Assembly (NCBI RefSeq): GCF_018350175.1
Contig: NC_058369.1
Span: 5,458,001-5,522,000, forward strand
Length of the DNA stretch: 64,000 nucleotides
Direction: 5' to 3'
DNA from: Felis catus
Taxonomy: Eukaryota
In this document: piece after piece, positions 59,561 to 64,000 of the stretch
Position numbering within the stretch: position 1 is the first letter of the stretch
How the letters are laid out: every line of letters begins with the position of its first letter
Translations under genes and position numbers: made by a program
The notes under the pieces: generated by a model
What the model saw: only the letters and a program-made list of their open reading frames with translations
Told to the model about the DNA's origin: nothing
Databases searched by the model: none

Positions 59561-62500
59561 GGTCCTTTTACATCCGGGTCTTAGCACCCCCAGGTTCGAC
59601 TGCACAGCTGGAGCCGGGAGGGTGTATATTTCCGTCCTCACACGATCCACTGGACCACTCCTGGCCCCTCCAGCATGTTCCTAGCGGCGCCCTATTCAGA
59701 GCCCCGTCTGTATAATCTTCGTCCCGCCCGCTCCCTGTAGGCCACGCCTCTGCCGTGTAAGGGACATCCCACCGGCCCTAGTTTGGGTCGAGGGACTTCT
59801 TTCACATGAGTAATTGTTGACATACCCCTTTCTGCGATTGGGTCACCTTCCAGTTCCCTCTCAGAGGGTGGAACACAGGAGGCTCAATCCACTCTTAACC
59901 TCCTGCCCTCCCTTGATGATGATTCCCTAGGATGGGGGCTGACCATCCAGGTGATGTCTCCAGGGCATTCGCTACTTCACAAATGTCCAGCGGTCTTGGC
60001 GGGGCGGGAGGGGTGACCCTGGCTGATCCAGGCCGACGTGGGCCCAGAGGGGTTCTCCCTGCTTTTTCCTTCCACTAGGAGGAGGAACCCTCGGGGCCCA
60101 GCCCGGACATGCCGGCCACTGCAGAGTCCAGCTTCAGTGAGACTGACAAGGAGGTGTTGTCCCCAGTCGCGGCTGCCGCAGCCCCCCCCTCTTCCATGGG
60201 GGAGGACCCAGGCCCTGACCGGGCAGCCACACCCCCAGTGTGGGACCGCGGAGGGCCTGGAGGGTCCCAGCAGGGTGCTCCTTCAGCCCCAGACAGTGGC
60301 CAGCCTGGCCCTGGATCTGGCCTTGGCCCAACCAGCACAGTCTCGGGGACCAGCGAGGACCTGAGGCCTCCCAGACGACGCCAACAACCAGGTGATCTGT
60401 GATGGAACCTTCTGCGGGGGGCGGGGAGGGTTACAGGCCTTGGAATAATGGAGAGGAGTACAGAGTATCTCCAGACTTGGGGCTCATCTAGAGGGAATCA
60501 CCATTGAGCACCAAGTGCGCGCCAGGCTGTGGCTACAGTGATGAGCCACGCCAGCTCAGCCCCTGCCCTCCGGTAGCTCAGTCTGGTGGGGGAAGCAGAG
60601 GGTAAAGGCCTTGATAGGAAACCAGTAGCGTCATTCCAGCCTCTCTGGGGCAGAACTCCGGACAGCGTGGATGGGGGAAGGGTGGGTGAGTGACACCCCC
60701 TCCACTTCTGTGCATCCTTCAGGGAAGCAGATACCCTGCTCCAGCCCTGGATGCTGCCTCAGTTTCCCCAGTGTTCGAGACCTGGCACAGCATCTGCGTA
60801 CCCACTGCCCACCCACACAGTCCCTGGAAGGTAGGGCCAGAGCAGGTGGTGGGGAGGCAGCTGGGGTGGGAGGCAGGCAGAGCCTCCAGGCCAGCCTTGG
60901 CCACGGGTCTCCACTCCTGTGTCCTTCATCCGTGCCCCGCCAGGCAAGCTCTTCCGCTGTTCCGCCCTGAGCTGCACCGAGACCTTCCCCACCATGCAGG
61001 AACTGGTGGCACATGGCAAGCTGCACTACAAACCCAATCGCTACTTCAAGTGAGACCCTGACCATCTCTACTTCCACCTGTGCTCCGTGACCAGGCCCCA
61101 GGCAGCTTCTCCCACCCCTGGTTTGATTGCCACCACCTGGGGTCCAGGCCTTTGTCCCTTTCTGGTCAAGGGGGTTGGTCCCGGCAGTGGGCGCAGCCTC
61201 GAGCAAGGCCTGCCCTTACCTGCCCTAAAGGGACTGGTTGCTGGAGCGAGTCCCAGAGACGCGGAGGCCCGAGCTCGGAAAGGGGCGGAGCATACGTGCT
61301 GTGTCTCCGCCCAGCCCCTCCTTCCCTGCCTGGAGGAAAACCGGCCGCTTAAGTCAAAATTGAGACCTCCTATCTCGTTTTCCCAGGGCAAGGACTCGGA
61401 GGGGTCTGGAAGGGTCGCGGCCACACTGGGGGGCGCTTAGAGCAAGCTTCTCCCCCGCAAGTGGGGGATATGTGATTTGGGCTTTATGCTCCCTTCCTTA
61501 CTTCCCGACCTCGCGCGGCGGCCCCCCAGGTAGTAGAGCGGATAGGCCCTACCCTTGTCCCCCAGGAGACCCAGCCCAGCCTTGTGCCTGCCCCCAGGTG
61601 TGAGAACTGCCTCCTGCGCTTCCGCACGCACCGCTCGCTCTTCAAGCATCTGCATGTTTGCGCCGAGCATGCGCAGAGCCCAGCCCCGCCGCCACCCCCC
61701 GCCCTCGACAAGGAGCCCCCGGCGCCCGAACGTCCCCAGGAGTCAGACGCTGCGTCCGCGCCGGGCCTGCCGTTCCCGCTGCTCGAGCCCTTCACGACCC
61801 CCGCCCCCGCCCCCACCGGGCCCTTCCTGCCCTACTTGAACCCCGCGCCCTTTGGCCTAACCCCCCCGCGCCTGCGCCCCTTCCTGGCTGCGGCGCCCGG
61901 GCCGCCCGCCTCCAGCGCCGCAGTCTGGAAAAAGAGCCAAGGTGAGTGTGGGAACAGGGCCGCCTGAAGGGTGAACTGAGCTCGCGCAGACTTCTGACCT
62001 TGACCCGCCCGTTTACCTCAGGTGCCGGCGGCAGCCCGCGAAGACCCCAGGGCGGCTCCGACGCACCCTCAGGTGCGTGCAGGTGACCACCAGGGACGGG
62101 TGGAGGGGAATTTCTGTCCTGCGCCCTGCCAGGCCCAGGGGATGCTGGGAGGCAGCGTTGCCCACCCCTTCCCAGGTGGCCACAACTGCTACCCACGAAA
62201 TACAAGATTTTGCCTTAAAAATTACTGGCCCCCGAGCCTTCGTCTGCGCCGGCGTTTCCGTGTAAAACCCGCGCCCGGTTCACGAGTCCTTCCCCCTGCG
62301 GTGGCTCCAAGGGGTAGGAGCGGGGGATTCGGATACAAGTTTAGTGTCCCCAGTTACGGAGGGGTGGGACGCGATCCGGGGAAGTGGATCGGCCAGACCA
62401 AACCCGCCCGTGCGCGGGAGCCGATGGGGAGGCGGGGAAAGATCTGACCCGCACTCGTCCTCGTCCGCCATCCTTGGGGGTGGAAGGGTCTTCCGGGACT

Positions 62501-62865
62501 GACGGGGGCCCCGCCTGCCCGCAGGGCACGCGGCCCCGAGCCGCATCGTGTGGGAGCACACGCGCGGCCGCTACTCGTGCATGCAGTGCGCCTTCTCCAC
62601 GGCCTCGCGGCCCGCCATGACACTGCACCTGGAGGACCACCGCCCCATCGCCCCCGCGGCCCCGGCGCCCGGGCAGCCGCGCCCCGACGCGCCGCCGGGT
62701 AAGGCCGAGGAGCGCGCGGGTGGGGAGGGCGGGGGCCCCGAGGCGAGGGGCGGGGCCGAGGCTCAGGCGCCCCCTCCTCTGCCCCACCCAGACCCGGCCC
62801 CGCTTGCACCCAAGGTGTCTCCGCTGCTGGCAGAGGGGGAGTGTCCGGTTTTCTCGCCGTTCTGA
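59353..62865 (+). CDS. ZNF414: Zinc finger protein 414, long isoform of 8 exons, 1173 nt = 390 aa
   Basis: Fingers CSSPGC..H..H, CSALSC..H..H, CENC..H..C and CMQC..H..H. Phases are consistent and the position next to MYO1F matches the recalled human synteny. Confidence 0.95.
60079..60391 (+). CDS. ZNF414: ZNF414 exon 2
   Basis: EEEPSGP...SETDKEVLSP...SEDLRPPRRR. Confidence 0.92.
60723..60830 (+). CDS. ZNF414: ZNF414 exon 3 (finger 1)
   Basis: KQIPCSSPGCCLSFPSVRDLAQHLRTH. Confidence 0.95.
60944..61049 (+). CDS. ZNF414: ZNF414 exon 4 (finger 2)
   Basis: KLFRCSALSCTETFPTMQELVAHGKLH. Confidence 0.95.
61598..61941 (+). CDS. ZNF414: ZNF414 exon 5 (C2HC finger and Pro-rich region)
   Basis: CENCLLRFRTHRSLFKHLHVC...WKKSQ. 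Confidence 0.95.
62022..62072 (+). CDS. ZNF414: ZNF414 exon 6 (extends to stop at 62086 in the short isoform)
   Basis: AGGSPRRPQGGSDAPS; unspliced continuation GACR*. Confidence 0.9.
62525..62698 (+). CDS. ZNF414: ZNF414 exon 7 (finger 4)
   Basis: HAAPSRIVWEHTRGRYSCMQC...HLEDH. Confidence 0.92.
62792..62865 (+). CDS. ZNF414: ZNF414 exon 8 coding part
   Basis: PAPLAPKVSPLL...VFSPF*. Confidence 0.9.
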
Positions 62866-62965
62866 ATCCGGCCGCGGGCGGGGGGCGGGGGGAGGGGGGG
62901 CTCAAGTGTGGGTGTGGGTAGTTTTGTCGTTTTCGCGGGGCCTAAGATGGAGAGGGTGGGGGGAC

Positions 62966-62971
62966 AATAAA
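62966..62971 (+). terminator. ZNF414: ZNF414 polyadenylation signal
   Basis: AATAAA 100 nt after the stop. Confidence 0.8.
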
Positions 62972-64000
62972 GGAGACGCGATGAGCCAGCCTGTGCTGTG
63001 TCTGGGTCCCTTGCCCCTCCCAGTGCACAGTCTGGCAGCCCTGGGATGCTCATACCTTGGGAGGGGACAAGCTTCCCCTCATCCTCACCTTAACACCGGG
63101 ACCCGGGTCAGTGCTACCCTCTGTCCGGCAGCAGTTAGGACTGCCAGTGTCCTGTCTTGTCCCACCATTTCCAGAAACCAGATGGGATGGAAATCCCACG
63201 TTTATTTAAAAGTCCCAGGAATCAGCGGGGTAGGACAGGCTGGGAGGCAGGGCCTGGCCCAGCTGGAGCCACTCGCCAATCCTGAGGCTGGTGTGGACTC
63301 ACAGGTGACAGGGCCCCCAGGGCTGGGCACTCAGGCAGGCTAGGCTCAGGTTTTGTTTTGGTCACTGTCCTGGGGACCCTCCTCTTTGGCTCCCCGCTTT
63401 CACCTCTCCCCCTAGGCCAGCTCTGAAGAGGAAGGTGGGTCAGAGCCAGCCCCAGGGGGCCTGGCTCCTCCCTCTTCACCACCTCCCTTTCAGTCTTCCA
63501 ACCACAAGGATTTTCCCTTCCTTCCTGGGAAGTCAGTCCTGGGTCCGCGTTCAAACTCTGGGGCCACACTGTTGTCCCAGCCCTGTAGTCACCAAAACCC
63601 AGCGGGCCGAGCCTCCTGAACGTGAAAGCCTTCTGCGTTGTTGACAGCCACCCTTCAGAGGCTAGTTTTCCTTCCTGCGTCTTGCCTCCCTCCCGGCTCC
63701 ACGGCCCCCTAGCCCAGGCCTCAACCCTTTCCCTTCCTCAGGCGCCTGAAGCAACAACCCTCCTGCCCTCCCCACCCCCCCAACAATCTGATCACCTCTG
63801 GAAACGGGGGTTTCTTCTGATGCCCACCCGGTACCCTTCCGTGGCTCCCCGCGGCTCTCTGGATGGAGACCGTGTTCTCCTAACAGCCCACAAGGCCCAT
63901 CTTGGACCTCCCCATGCCCTCCCTCACCACCCTCCTCTTCCCCCTTATCCTCTCCTTCCGGGGAGCATAGCCCTTCCGTGAACAAGACTGCCCCAGCCTC

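Noticed and set aside
63000..64000. Possible start of the next syntenic gene (PRAM1)
   Set aside because: No recognisable exon in the window

Overview
This is GC-rich mammalian DNA, almost certainly felid given the felid-type Can-SINEs, and syntenic with human 19p13.2. It holds three complete + strand genes. ADAMTS10 has 2 putative non-coding and 24 coding exons (CDS 5881-20996, 1103 aa). MYO1F has 28 exons (CDS 23104-55673, 1097 aa). ZNF414 has 8 exons (CDS 59353-62865, 390 aa) plus a 312-aa intron-6 read-through isoform. I traced every coding exon by hand, and all splice phases sum to intact frames. Introns carry Can-SINEs (some nested), MIR/L2/L1 relics, MER20/MER33/MER5, an MLT1 LTR and many simple repeats. 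I found no new gene or multi-gene system. The best leads are regulatory or structural: a probable U12-type MYO1F intron with a degenerate donor, a G22/C16-bracketed intron, a duplicated splice donor, a CCAAT/GC-box cluster before the MYO1F TH2-SH3 exons, a CTCF motif on the ADAMTS10 stop codon, a missing Asn codon in the MYO1F motor, and a fold-back scar. Comparisons with human proteins and repeat consensus sequences are from memory, not from searches.
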